64,000 nt of DNA, from the NCBI GenBank assembly GCA_903893485.1, contig CAITMK010000008.1:10612-74611 (forward strand). Reading direction: 5' to 3'. Origin of the DNA: Candidatus Magasanikiibacteriota bacterium. GTDB taxonomy: Bacteria; Patescibacteriota; Patescibacteriia; Magasanikbacterales; 2-02-FULL-50-9b. Both the position numbers and the translations under genes were made by a program. Of this stretch, positions 1-8,740 are shown one piece after another; the first letter of the stretch is position 1, and every line of letters starts with the position of its first letter. The notes beneath the pieces were generated by a model that worked only from the letters and a program-made list of their open reading frames with translations, searched no databases and was not told the origin of the DNA.

Positions 1-243
1 AAGATCTGCGCCGGAGTCATGGTGTTCACGTTGGCCGAAAGGTCCGTGGCAATCGCGGCAATCCGCTGCACCACATAACCATCTTCGGCACGATGATCAA
101 ACACCACGTGGTGAGGACTTCCCACCACGTATTGAGGTGCAGCCCACACCGCCACAAATGTAGCGGCAAAAGCGCACAGTACCATTTTGATCCAGAGCGG
201 CACACGCTGCTTTGGCTCCCTTCTGTCTTCAAACCGGTGCATG
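1..243 (-). CDS. partial CDS (N-terminal part only, runs off the window start); signal-peptide/TM-bearing hypothetical protein; GC-rich cassette-type gene
   Basis: minus-strand ATG at 243..241 preceded by AGGAGG about 6 nt upstream; reads MHRFEDRREPKQRVPLWIKMVLCAFAATFVAVWAAPQYVV... and is open to position 1; GC-rich unlike neighbouring PP2C gene. Confidence 0.4.
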
Positions 244-279
244 ACGCACCTCCTTCACCCCGATATTGCGGCTTGGCCG

Positions 280-308
280 ATGGTAGCACAAAAAACTCAC
301 TTAGTCAA
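280..308 (-). promoter_or_regulatory. sigma70-like promoter TTGACT-N17-TACCAT driving the partial GC-rich gene
   Basis: revcomp AGTCAA at 303..308, ATGGTA at 280..285, exact 17-nt spacer. Confidence 0.4.
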
Positions 309-357
309 CCATTCGAGCCAAAAATAAAATACCAACTAACGTTGAGACCTGATTCAA

Positions 358-1740
358 TTACAACCCTAATACTCGCATAAAAGCGGCATGTAGCTTTTGA
401 TTTTCTTCGCCTTCTGTAATCGTATTTACAAATTGTCGAGCACCCAAAACGTCGGCATGGATCATATCCTCAATATCCTGAAAACGTTTTTTTAAAAATT
501 CTGCTGAATAAGATCGCTGGGAGCCGTGAATCGTTTGGGCTGCATCCAGCGCATCAAATAATTCTTGTTTCGTTTGTACTTCACCAAATACCACAAGACG
601 CGAGGCACCTTTTACATTTAATTCAGTAAGTTGCTCAATTGGTACCCGAGCTTTTTTTAATTCCCCATGCACAATCTTTTGTACCAAAACTCTTTCATCT
701 GCATCCACAGCTTCCATAATGCGCCAATTTATATTCGTACCGTGATGACCCGGCAACTGAATAGTTACAAAATCCCCTATTGCATATACTGGTTCACGCT
801 TTTTCTTTTCAACAACCACTACTGAAATATTATCACCGCCATTCAGTGGTTCCATCATCACAAATCTCTGTTCATCAAAGAGAATTCTAAATTGCGTAGA
901 TGCATTATTACGTGCGTATGCTAATTTAAAAATTTTTTCTTGTAATTCATTTCCATGAAATCTCGCTGCAAGCATTTCAATTTCATATTCAGATACAACA
1001 TCCCATACCCCATCAGATGCTAACACAATTTGATCACCAGGCTGAGAGACAAAAGATTTTTTTTCGGGTGCACTATCCTTAGCACCAAATGCTCCCGTAA
1101 CTACATTATTAAATGGATGACTATAATATTCCCACGGCTTCACCAAGCCAAGTTCAATAAGCTGTTGCACTTTATTTTGCATGCGGGTCGTTCCATCTGG
1201 AAATTTTTTACCACCTCGAACAGTCATCGCCTTACTATCACCCGCAGAAAGAAGTGTTGCAGAATCACTATTCATTTCGAGCATAACACCCGTTGCATAC
1301 GATCCGGGTGCGTGCGACTGAATTGACTGAGTTACATTATCTGCATCAGCATCCAAATTAGGTGTAACCTGACGACCACCTTCCATAAATAATGCGTTTG
1401 CAATCACACTAGCTGTTCGCCCATCCTCGCTACCACCGGCACCATCAATCACGCCAACACGTAACCGATTACCGTTTGTTTGAAGTAGGATTGTATCCTC
1501 ATTTACATCCTTGTACTTCGACCCAGGGCCACCAGCGCTGGTATATGCACTAACTACCGCCCCCGGCACTTCAACAGATTTCCATTCCATTTCTGTGTGT
1601 GAACCGGACATCGTTGCTGAAGTGTATTCACCATACACCAACATATCTTCCTTGCGTGCATCGCGACGATGTGGTCGAGATTTTGAAAAAAAGTGCTCCA
1701 CGTAGCTATTTAAAACTTCGAAATATTGTCGCTCGCTCAT
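358..1740 (-). CDS. PP2C-family Ser/Thr protein phosphatase with about 150-aa C-terminal extension
   Basis: motifs VGVIDGAGG...DGRTAS and LASDGVWDVVS typical of PP2C metal-binding aspartates; start ATG overlaps stop of upstream kinase-like gene (ATGA). Confidence 0.8.
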   Translation of the reverse strand: MSERQYFEVLNSYVEHFFSKSRPHRRDARKEDMLVYGEYTSATMSGSHTEMEWKSVEVPGAVVSAYTSAGGPGSKYKDVNEDTILLQTNGNRLRVGVIDGAGGSEDGRTASVIANALFMEGGRQVTPNLDADADNVTQSIQSHAPGSYATGVMLEMNSDSATLLSAGDSKAMTVRGGKKFPDGTTRMQNKVQQLIELGLVKPWEYYSHPFNNVVTGAFGAKDSAPEKKSFVSQPGDQIVLASDGVWDVVSEYEIEMLAARFHGNELQEKIFKLAYARNNASTQFRILFDEQRFVMMEPLNGGDNISVVVVEKKKREPVYAIGDFVTIQLPGHHGTNINWRIMEAVDADERVLVQKIVHGELKKARVPIEQLTELNVKGASRLVVFGEVQTKQELFDALDAAQTIHGSQRSYSAEFLKKRFQDIEDMIHADVLGARQFVNTITEGEENQKLHAAFMRVLGL

Positions 1741-2711
1741 AGATTATTATTATACCATTGAATCCACATCGCGCGCGCCAAATCATCCCACTCCAAGAAA
1801 CGATCTACGCGTGTACTGCCTTTTAAATAATGTTCTTCCTCAACCCAAAAAGATTTGGTGCGATAAATTACAAATTCCAAAACCCCGGCACGAAATTCTT
1901 CGTCGCTCATGGGCCGCACGGCGCGATATGCTGCCAAAAAATCCCACGCGCGCGCCCATTTTTCTGGCGCGGTACCATAATCAAAACAGGTAATCGTCAT
2001 GGTGCGCACCACATCAAAAGCGGCGGGTTCAAATTGCGTTAGCTCAAAATCAAAGACTGCTTTTACCGCGCCCGCGTCATCAAAAAAAACATTGCCTGCG
2101 TGCAAATCATAGTGCACTAAAATGTTTTGCAATAGTGGCGACGATGCAAATGGCCAATGCGCTAATAAGTCACGTTTGCTTTTTGCAATGCGCAATGCCG
2201 CGCGATTAAATTCCGTTGGATTCGCTGCGCAATCTGCCTCAATAATTACAATCATTTTATCTGCATACGAAATTGCATCTGCAAAATTTACACGCGCAAA
2301 TTTTTTTTCAATGTGGCCCGGCACCGCAACCTCGCCCGCCAAATGTACGCGTGCTAACATTTGCGCAAGCGCGCGCAATTCCGCTGCGCTACAATGTTGA
2401 TCTGGAAATGTGCGGCCCGTAATAAACGGAAACAACGCGTAAAATTTTCCGTCAAATTCCGTAAATGTTTCACCACGTGAATTAACGATTGGCAACACCG
2501 CGGGAATCCCCGCGGCCGCAAAAAAGTTTTTACTTTTATGAATGTCGCTGACCCGTGCCGCATCAAGCGCGGAACGATATTGTTTCAAAAAAAATGTACC
2601 CTGCGCCGCAACAACTCTATAATTTTCACTCAAAAATCCGTGAGTAATTAACTCCACACTCGCCACTTCAATATTATACAGTGCAACAATTGCCTGAATT
2701 CGATCTTTCAT
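1737..2711 (-). CDS. phosphotransferase-family kinase (APH/choline kinase/homoserine kinase II fold)
   Basis: HYDLHAGNVFFDD catalytic-loop motif plus DFE motif of aminoglycoside-phosphotransferase-like kinases; translationally coupled to PP2C gene. Confidence 0.7.
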   Translation of the reverse strand: MKDRIQAIVALYNIEVASVELITHGFLSENYRVVAAQGTFFLKQYRSALDAARVSDIHKSKNFFAAAGIPAVLPIVNSRGETFTEFDGKFYALFPFITGRTFPDQHCSAAELRALAQMLARVHLAGEVAVPGHIEKKFARVNFADAISYADKMIVIIEADCAANPTEFNRAALRIAKSKRDLLAHWPFASSPLLQNILVHYDLHAGNVFFDDAGAVKAVFDFELTQFEPAAFDVVRTMTITCFDYGTAPEKWARAWDFLAAYRAVRPMSDEEFRAGVLEFVIYRTKSFWVEEEHYLKGSTRVDRFLEWDDLARAMWIQWYNNNL

Positions 2712-2879
2712 TCCTTAATTTAGCCACAAAAAATGATATACTGCAAGCCTATGGCCGCAATCTCACATGGGCTTGGGGCGATTCGCGCATATTTTTTCCA
2801 AATTGGATCACACTTGTTTTACTTTATATTACTTGGTTTTTTTGGCGCCGTACTTCCAAACTTCACACAACAAAAAATC

Positions 2880-2908
2880 TTGACAAATAATGCACGCTGT
2901 GATATCTT
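2880..2908 (+). promoter_or_regulatory. sigma70-like promoter TTGACA-N17-TATCTT for the GC-rich coiled-coil gene
   Basis: TTGACA 2880..2885, 17-nt spacer, TATCTT 2903..2908; followed by GGAGG at 2963..2967 and ATG 2973. Confidence 0.5.
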
Positions 2909-2972
2909 TTCAAGTCCATCATGCCAGCGCACATAGGGTGCAAAGGCAGTCCCGATGGACCGGAGGAACCCA

Positions 2973-4429
2973 TGAATGTCACTATTCAGTATTCAGGCGA
3001 TCGCGCCAAAACACGGGGAGTCCATGCGCTCTTTGTGGAACTTTTGAAAAAAGCGGGGCTGCAATCGGCCGACGCAAAATTGACGGTCACCGCAGGTGCC
3101 AAAGGTAGCTCTGAAAAACACGGTATCGCAGGCATCAGCATCGTTTCGCACGAAATCAAGACAACGCTCAAGCTCTGCTTCCAGCCGGAAGGACCCAGTA
3201 GCGCCCGCTACGGCTTTCTGAGCGTGAAAGGCGTCACGAAAAACGACCTGCAAGCGAAGCTTGAAGCGGCCATTGCGTTGGCCGGCGAAGGCACGCCACA
3301 CAAAGCGCGCAAGCGGAAAACACCGGAAGCGGTGGTTGCCATCTTGATCGCTGAGTTCAACAAATCCGGTCGTGAGCATTGGGAAGCGGCGTTCGATCTG
3401 ATCGAAGCGGCTGCCCAAGTCATGACGATCGTTGTCGGGCTGGGGCAATACCGCCACGAAGTTCGGCACGGCGATTTTCACGACTTGCTGGATGACGCGA
3501 CGGAAGTGTGTAGCTTCTTTCAAGTGCTGCACAGCGTCGGGCTCGCCGACAACGTGGATTGCGGCGAGGGCGTGAACGGCGAAAAGCCCATGCGCATCGA
3601 TCTCGACTTCTACCATGAGGTGGCGGCCGAGTTTGCAAAGCGCAAGGCCGCCGATCAGCCGAAGCCCGATGACAATCCGGCACCGACTAACACTGCACCG
3701 CCCGAGGAACCTACGCCTACGATCAGCTACGTTGCGTTCTTGTACAGGCTTTTCCAGGTTGAGCGGTTCCAGGACATGACCACTGCAGAAGTTTGGCGCG
3801 ATCACGGCACGCAACTCGGCGCCGTAAACGGCACAAACGTCCGCAATCACTTCAAAAGTGGCGTCCAAAACGGCTTGTTGATACCGACCGGCGAAGAAAG
3901 GCAGATTCCTCCACAAAACAAGAACTGCACGGTTCGCAAGTTCAATCCGGCATCCGAAATGGTGCAAGGCTGGGCGCGCGAACTGGGCGTGGAGATTCCG
4001 AAGGTGGCTGTGTTGCCGCCCAAGGAAGAACTGCCGGCGCAGGACAAGCCCATCCGCGAGCGAATTGTTGTGCTGGAACTGAGAAAGGAACGGCACTTGG
4101 CCGATGTCCATAACCTCGATGCCGAAGTGCAGAGCCTGACTCAGGCAATCCAGAACATCGAAGCCGCCAAGCAGGAGGCGCTGGCGGAATTCGCACGGCA
4201 AACGACAGAGCGCGAAGAGATGATCCGCCTTCGCATGAGTTTGCGCGCGCCGCTGCTGGAAGAGATTCCGAAGCTGCAAACGCAGATCAGTGCGTTGCAA
4301 GCGCAGGACGAGTCGGCTATCTTCGCCGCCTTGGAGGAAACCGCTCGCCGCCTCGGCATCCCGGTTGACCAGCTTCTCGCCGCCGGCATGAAACGCGTCG
4401 CCCCCGCCGCCCAAGTCCCCGCTGGCTAG
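2973..4429 (+). CDS. hypothetical protein, 485 aa, C-terminal coiled coil; GC-rich foreign-type cassette gene
   Basis: long ORF (track 2921..4429); GGAGG 5 nt before ATG 2973 supports internal start MNVTIQYSGD; C-terminal heptad-like Q/E/L/A-rich segment; no recognisable catalytic motif; both strands open (GC-rich). Confidence 0.6.
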
Positions 4430-4446
4430 CAACCGCCACCAGCAAA

Positions 4447-4506
4447 CGCACCGGAATTCAGAGACCGTACTTCATCTCTGGGTTCCGCGTGCGGTTTTTA
4501 TTTTTG
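4447..4506 (+). terminator. intrinsic terminator (GC hairpin + TTTTTATTTTT)
   Basis: GCACCGGAAT...CCGCGTGCGGTTTTTATTTTT; paralogous to the terminator after purA. Confidence 0.6.
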
Positions 4507-4529
4507 CCAGACGATCGCCCTTCGCCATC

Positions 4530-4558
4530 TTGACATGAATGCTTGTCAGGCTTAAGCT
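4530..4558 (+). promoter_or_regulatory. sigma70-like promoter TTGACA-N17-TAAGCT for purA
   Basis: TTGACA 4530..4535, 17-nt spacer, TAAGCT 4553..4558; GGAGGT 6 nt before ATG 4603. Confidence 0.5.
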
Positions 4559-4602
4559 TATACGCGGCAACACGACTTATTTTGAGTCACGGAGGTGAAG
4601 CC

Positions 4603-5928
4603 ATGCAACTTTCAAAACCAACAACATCTTTGCTCCCCCGCATCGAAAAAATGCTTACAGGCGACCGCACCATTGCAGTCGTTGGCGCGCAGTTTGGCGA
4701 TGAGGGCAAGGGCAAAATCGTCGAATTGCTTGCGCTCTGGGCAGACATCATCGTTCGTTTCAACGGCGGCAACAACGCGGGCCACACCATTTACGTGGAC
4801 AACAAGCCCGAAGTTTTGCACCTACTGCCATGCGCCATCTTCCAACGTGGCAAAATCTGCGTCGTTGGACAAGGCGTGGTCGTTGATCTGGAAGTCCTGA
4901 AAAAGGAACTCGGCCTAGCAAAAGGCCGTGGATCGATCATCCGCATTGATCGGCGAGCACCGGTGATTCTCCCCATCTACAAGCAAATTGATGGTTTGCG
5001 TGAAGCGGCCAATTCGAAAAAGCTGGGAACAACCGGGCGCGGCATCGGGCCGGCCTATGAAGCGCACGCCAGTCGGTATGCGCTGCGCATGGGTGATCTC
5101 ACGAGCGCCTCCCGCATTCGCGAGGCGCTAAATCGTGGCGGCAACTATTATGCGCAATTGTGCGCGGCTGCCAAAAGTCTCGGTGGCACGCCGCAAACAG
5201 AAGATGACCTGGTCAAAGAGCTTCTCGGTTATTCGCGTATGGTCAAAAATCTACTGTACGACACCGTGGAAATCGTGCGCAAAGCATTGGGTACCAAAAA
5301 AATCATGTTTGAGGGCGCGCAAGCCGCACTCCTAGACGTGAATCAAGGTACCACGCCGTTTGTGACATCCAGCTCATGCACCATCGCCGGTATTTACAGC
5401 ACCTTTGGGCAGCTGCCCATTGATCGGGTGTTCGGCGTGGCCAAGGCTTATGTCACTCGCGTTGGCGAGGGCCCATTCCCCTCAAAAATCGTGGGTGAAA
5501 TGGCCCATGCCCTGCGCGAAGCTGGCAACGAGTACGGCTCCACCACCAAACGTCCGCGCGACGTCGGTTGGATGGACCTGTTTGCACTGCGCTATGCGGT
5601 ACAGATGGGCGGCATCACGGACATCTGCCTCACCAAGGCGGACGTGTTGAATCTGTGGTCTCAGCTGCAAGTGTGCACCAAATACATGCACGGCAAGAAT
5701 GTGGCGAAAGAACATCGCCTCATGACCGCCGAGTATGTGAAAGAATGCACGCCAGTGTTCGAAGAAGTTGAAGGTTGGCACGGTGCAAACCTCACCGGCA
5801 TCAAACTCTTCGGGGATCTGCCGCCCGCGCTGCAACAGTACATCCGCGACATCGCTGCGTTCCTGGGTGTGCCAGTCAGTATGATCGGTATTGGCCCGTG
5901 TCACGACGACATCATCTTCCACGGCTAG
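4603..5928 (+). CDS. purA: adenylosuccinate synthetase, GC-rich
   Basis: QFGDEGKGK P-loop, GGNNAGHT, TTGRGIGP, VTSSS, LTKADVL motifs colinear with E. coli PurA; start chosen at ATG 4603 by GGAGGT RBS (track ORF starts earlier at 4543). Confidence 0.85.
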   Translation: MQLSKPTTSLLPRIEKMLTGDRTIAVVGAQFGDEGKGKIVELLALWADIIVRFNGGNNAGHTIYVDNKPEVLHLLPCAIFQRGKICVVGQGVVVDLEVLKKELGLAKGRGSIIRIDRRAPVILPIYKQIDGLREAANSKKLGTTGRGIGPAYEAHASRYALRMGDLTSASRIREALNRGGNYYAQLCAAAKSLGGTPQTEDDLVKELLGYSRMVKNLLYDTVEIVRKALGTKKIMFEGAQAALLDVNQGTTPFVTSSSCTIAGIYSTFGQLPIDRVFGVAKAYVTRVGEGPFPSKIVGEMAHALREAGNEYGSTTKRPRDVGWMDLFALRYAVQMGGITDICLTKADVLNLWSQLQVCTKYMHGKNVAKEHRLMTAEYVKECTPVFEEVEGWHGANLTGIKLFGDLPPALQQYIRDIAAFLGVPVSMIGIGPCHDDIIFHG

Positions 5929-5949
5929 GCCAACTGCCGCGTCCCAGCA

Positions 5950-6016
5950 ATCGCACCGGAATCCTCCAGACCGAACTCTCGTCTGTTGCAGGAATCCGCG
6001 TGCGATTTTTTATTTA
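5950..6016 (+). terminator. intrinsic terminator, same family as 4447..4506
   Basis: GCACCGGAATCC...GGAATCCGCGTGCGATTTTTTATTT. Confidence 0.6.
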
Positions 6017-6069
6017 CATCTTGTTATTTTTAAAAATTCGCGCTACTGTATATAAGCAATTTTGCGCAT

Positions 6070-6717
6070 ATGAATTTTCTGATAACCATTTATCACGGCA
6101 TCATAAATAACTGGGTAACCGCGTTGGCAACACCCCATTTTATTTTAAAATTAATTGCCGCAACCGCGCTTTTTTGCGTAGCACTTTTTACCGAAGTAAT
6201 CGGCGGCGCGTATACCAAAAAAAATACCACCGCACCCTCATTGCCAGATTTAATTTTAGATCGCATTCCCGTACTTAATTTAAATTTTTTATACGTCGAA
6301 ACCATGGGCGCGCTCATGACCATTTTCGGTTTATATCAATTGGCTCATGCAAAAACAGCACCGTTTGTTTTAGCGACCTTATCACTTTTTTCATTAATTC
6401 GCCGCGTGTTTTTAATTCTCACACCGCTGGGCGCACCAAAAGCAATGCCAGCAATTTTTGGATTTAAATCACATCGCACCATTGCGCACAAATTATTTCA
6501 AGGTCACGGCGACTTTTTCTTTTCCGGTCACACTGGCTTGCCATTTTTATTTTTCTTACTCACCCCATGGCCACCGCTTGCGCTGGTTTTTTTAATCGCT
6601 TCAATTGTCATGGGCGTGGCGGTACTTTTTATGCACGTACATTATTCTATCGATGTACTCGCTGCTCCATTTATCGTATACGCAATTTACGCGCTTTCGC
6701 ACGCAGTGTTTACCTAA
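6070..6717 (+). CDS. PAP2-superfamily-like integral membrane protein
   Basis: multiple TM helices; FSGHTG and HYSIDVL resemble PAP2 motifs II/III (PSGH, SRxxxxxHxxxD). Confidence 0.5.
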   Translation: MNFLITIYHGIINNWVTALATPHFILKLIAATALFCVALFTEVIGGAYTKKNTTAPSLPDLILDRIPVLNLNFLYVETMGALMTIFGLYQLAHAKTAPFVLATLSLFSLIRRVFLILTPLGAPKAMPAIFGFKSHRTIAHKLFQGHGDFFFSGHTGLPFLFFLLTPWPPLALVFLIASIVMGVAVLFMHVHYSIDVLAAPFIVYAIYALSHAVFT

Positions 6718-7447
6718 TATATTTTTCCTGTTTTTTGGTAAATGGACGTTTTAAAAATACGGTCCACAAATAATTTGCGCCGTACCGAAGCCCCATGGTT
6801 ACAATTCCCTCGCGCGCAAGGCGACGATTGGATGCGTAAATTGGCAGCGCAAAAGTAAACTTCACCGCACCAAGTGGGTGTAAGCGGCGTGCCATGGCTG
6901 CGTCTTCACCATAAAAATCATACGCAACATCAAAGCCGTCAATTTTTTCGAGCGCGCTACGGCGAATAACATAATTACCACCCTGCAACATTGATGCTTT
7001 ATTTAACAAAAAGCGATTGACCAAATACATGCAGTAACCAACGCTGTAAAAAAATCGAACCATGGCGTTGTATAAAATTGACGTGCCGATAAAAAGAAAT
7101 GGCCCGCTCAGCCCAACCAAATTTTGATCTTTGGTAAACTCTATTAAAACTGTTTCGATCCAATCTGATGGCAATTCGGTGTCGGAATCTACATTCGCAA
7201 TTAAATCGCCCGTGCTCGCCAAAAATCCAGCCTGGCGCGCACGCGAAATGCCTTTTTTTGGTTCATCCACTACACGAACGCCTGGATAGGAAAGCGCGAT
7301 TTCGCGGGTGCGATCGGTGCTTGCATTGTTCACCACAATAACTTCAGCGTCGTATTTTTTTTGATTAATGGCCGCAAAGACAGAATCAAGGCATTTTCCG
7401 AGGTAATTTTCCTCATTATATGCCGGGATGACGAAGCTGATTTTCAT
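6710..7447 (-). CDS. family 2 glycosyltransferase
   Basis: N-terminal ISFVIPAYNEENYL, DAEVIVVNNASTD and DSD motifs typical of GT2. Confidence 0.8.
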   Translation of the reverse strand: MKISFVIPAYNEENYLGKCLDSVFAAINQKKYDAEVIVVNNASTDRTREIALSYPGVRVVDEPKKGISRARQAGFLASTGDLIANVDSDTELPSDWIETVLIEFTKDQNLVGLSGPFLFIGTSILYNAMVRFFYSVGYCMYLVNRFLLNKASMLQGGNYVIRRSALEKIDGFDVAYDFYGEDAAMARRLHPLGAVKFTFALPIYASNRRLAREGIVTMGLRYGANYLWTVFLKRPFTKKQEKYIR

Positions 7448-7524
7448 AAAATATGTTGCATGTATTATACGCTTCTCGAGACCACTTTGGTGCTAAATGT
7501 CAAGCCTTGATATAATCGAGCCAT

Positions 7525-8061
7525 ATGGCTGATACACAAATCGCAGTCTTTGGCGGCGGATGCTTTTGGTGCACTGAAGCTTTTTTTAAAATGCTCCGCG
7601 GCGTTGTTTCGATTGCACCAGGTTATGCGGGCGGCACTACGCAAAATCCAACCTACGAAGAGGTTTGCACCGGCGAAACCGGCCACGTTGAAGTGATACA
7701 AATTATTTTTGACCCCGCGCAAATCACTTTTGAAAACTTATTAGATGTTTTTTTTGCAACACACGACCCAACAACAATAAACCGCCAAGGTAACGATGTG
7801 GGTACACAATATCGATCAATAATTTTTTATACCTCCCCCGCGCAACAAGTTGCTGCAGAAAAATATATTGCAGATGCAAATGCATCAAGCGCTGCAGGCC
7901 GCTCAATTATTACAGCAGTCGAGCCGCTCACCAAATTTTGGGAAGCAGAAAATTACCATCACGATTATTTTGCGCGCAATAAAGATAAACCGTATTGCCA
8001 AGTCGTAATCAATCCAAAATTACAAAAAGCAAAAGAAAATTTTGGAAAATTACTAAGATAA
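7525..8061 (+). CDS. msrA: peptide methionine sulfoxide reductase A
   Basis: GGGCFWC active-site motif near N-terminus; TATAAT 8 nt before ATG suggests leaderless transcript. Confidence 0.9.
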   Translation: MADTQIAVFGGGCFWCTEAFFKMLRGVVSIAPGYAGGTTQNPTYEEVCTGETGHVEVIQIIFDPAQITFENLLDVFFATHDPTTINRQGNDVGTQYRSIIFYTSPAQQVAAEKYIADANASSAAGRSIITAVEPLTKFWEAENYHHDYFARNKDKPYCQVVINPKLQKAKENFGKLLR

Positions 8062-8062
8062 T

Positions 8063-8593
8063 ATGATTGACGAAGTATACGATATTTTCAACGACGCCTG
8101 GGAAAAAATTGGTATGGCAACATGGACCGAAGTGCACGCGCGTGGCCTATTGCATGAAAATGCAACTATTATGATTTTTAAAGACGTCACTAAAAATGAA
8201 TTTTTGGTGCAGCATCGTGGCAGCGGCATGGCACATGATCCAGGAAAATTAACCAACAGCGCTGGTGGCCATTTACTCGCGGGTATGTCGGCTGACGAAG
8301 GTGCGCGCAAAGAACTCCAAGAAGAATTATTTGCAGGCCATGAACTACCAAATATTTCACTCACCAAAATCAAAACTTTTTTAAATGAAGACTTCCCAGG
8401 CAACCGCGAAATTTTAAATGTGTACGAAGGCGTATATCCTGGCCCGTTTTATTTCGAGGAAAAAGAATTAGAGCATCCGCCCGAATGGATGTTGTGGGAT
8501 GATTTGATCACAGACTTGCGTGCACAGCCAGAAAAATATACGCAGGTACTAAAAAATATTTTGAAAGAAGCCTATCATATTTCTCTAAACTAA
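8063..8593 (+). CDS. NUDIX hydrolase
   Basis: Nudix box GGHLLAGMSADEGARKELQEELF. Confidence 0.8.
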   Translation: MIDEVYDIFNDAWEKIGMATWTEVHARGLLHENATIMIFKDVTKNEFLVQHRGSGMAHDPGKLTNSAGGHLLAGMSADEGARKELQEELFAGHELPNISLTKIKTFLNEDFPGNREILNVYEGVYPGPFYFEEKELEHPPEWMLWDDLITDLRAQPEKYTQVLKNILKEAYHISLN

Positions 8594-8595
8594 AA

Positions 8596-8740
8596 GGACC
8601 TACTTTGAGCAGCATCTCGGAGGCGAGCCAGCCGGTTTTTGCCGAAGGCAAAATGGCTCGCCGAGAGCGAGTACCAATTTGGCGCTGGCCAAATTGAGTA
8701 CGTCTGCGAAAAGTAGGTCCTTTTAGTTTTGGGGAGTTTA
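8596..8740. repeat. about 145-bp nested inverted-repeat element at a convergent gene junction (bidirectional terminator or structured RNA/MITE)
   Basis: outer 17-bp stem CTAAAAGGACCTACTTT...AAAGTAGGTCCTTTTAG; inner palindromes GAGCCAGCC/GGCTCGCC and CCAATTTGG...CCAAATTGG; T-rich on both flanks. Confidence 0.5.

Noticed and set aside
2993-4432. 479-aa minus-strand ORF fully antisense to the 2973..4429 gene
   Set aside because: Arg/Leu/Gly-rich low-complexity translation typical of open antisense frames in GC-rich DNA. The plus-strand frame has RBS, promoter and terminator.
4603-5928. Possibility that the purA homolog is a phage-type PurZ (2-aminoadenine pathway)
   Set aside because: The canonical catalytic Asp in GDEGKGK and the full-length PurA architecture are retained. 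PurZ enzymes are shorter and replace this Asp, as recalled from the literature.
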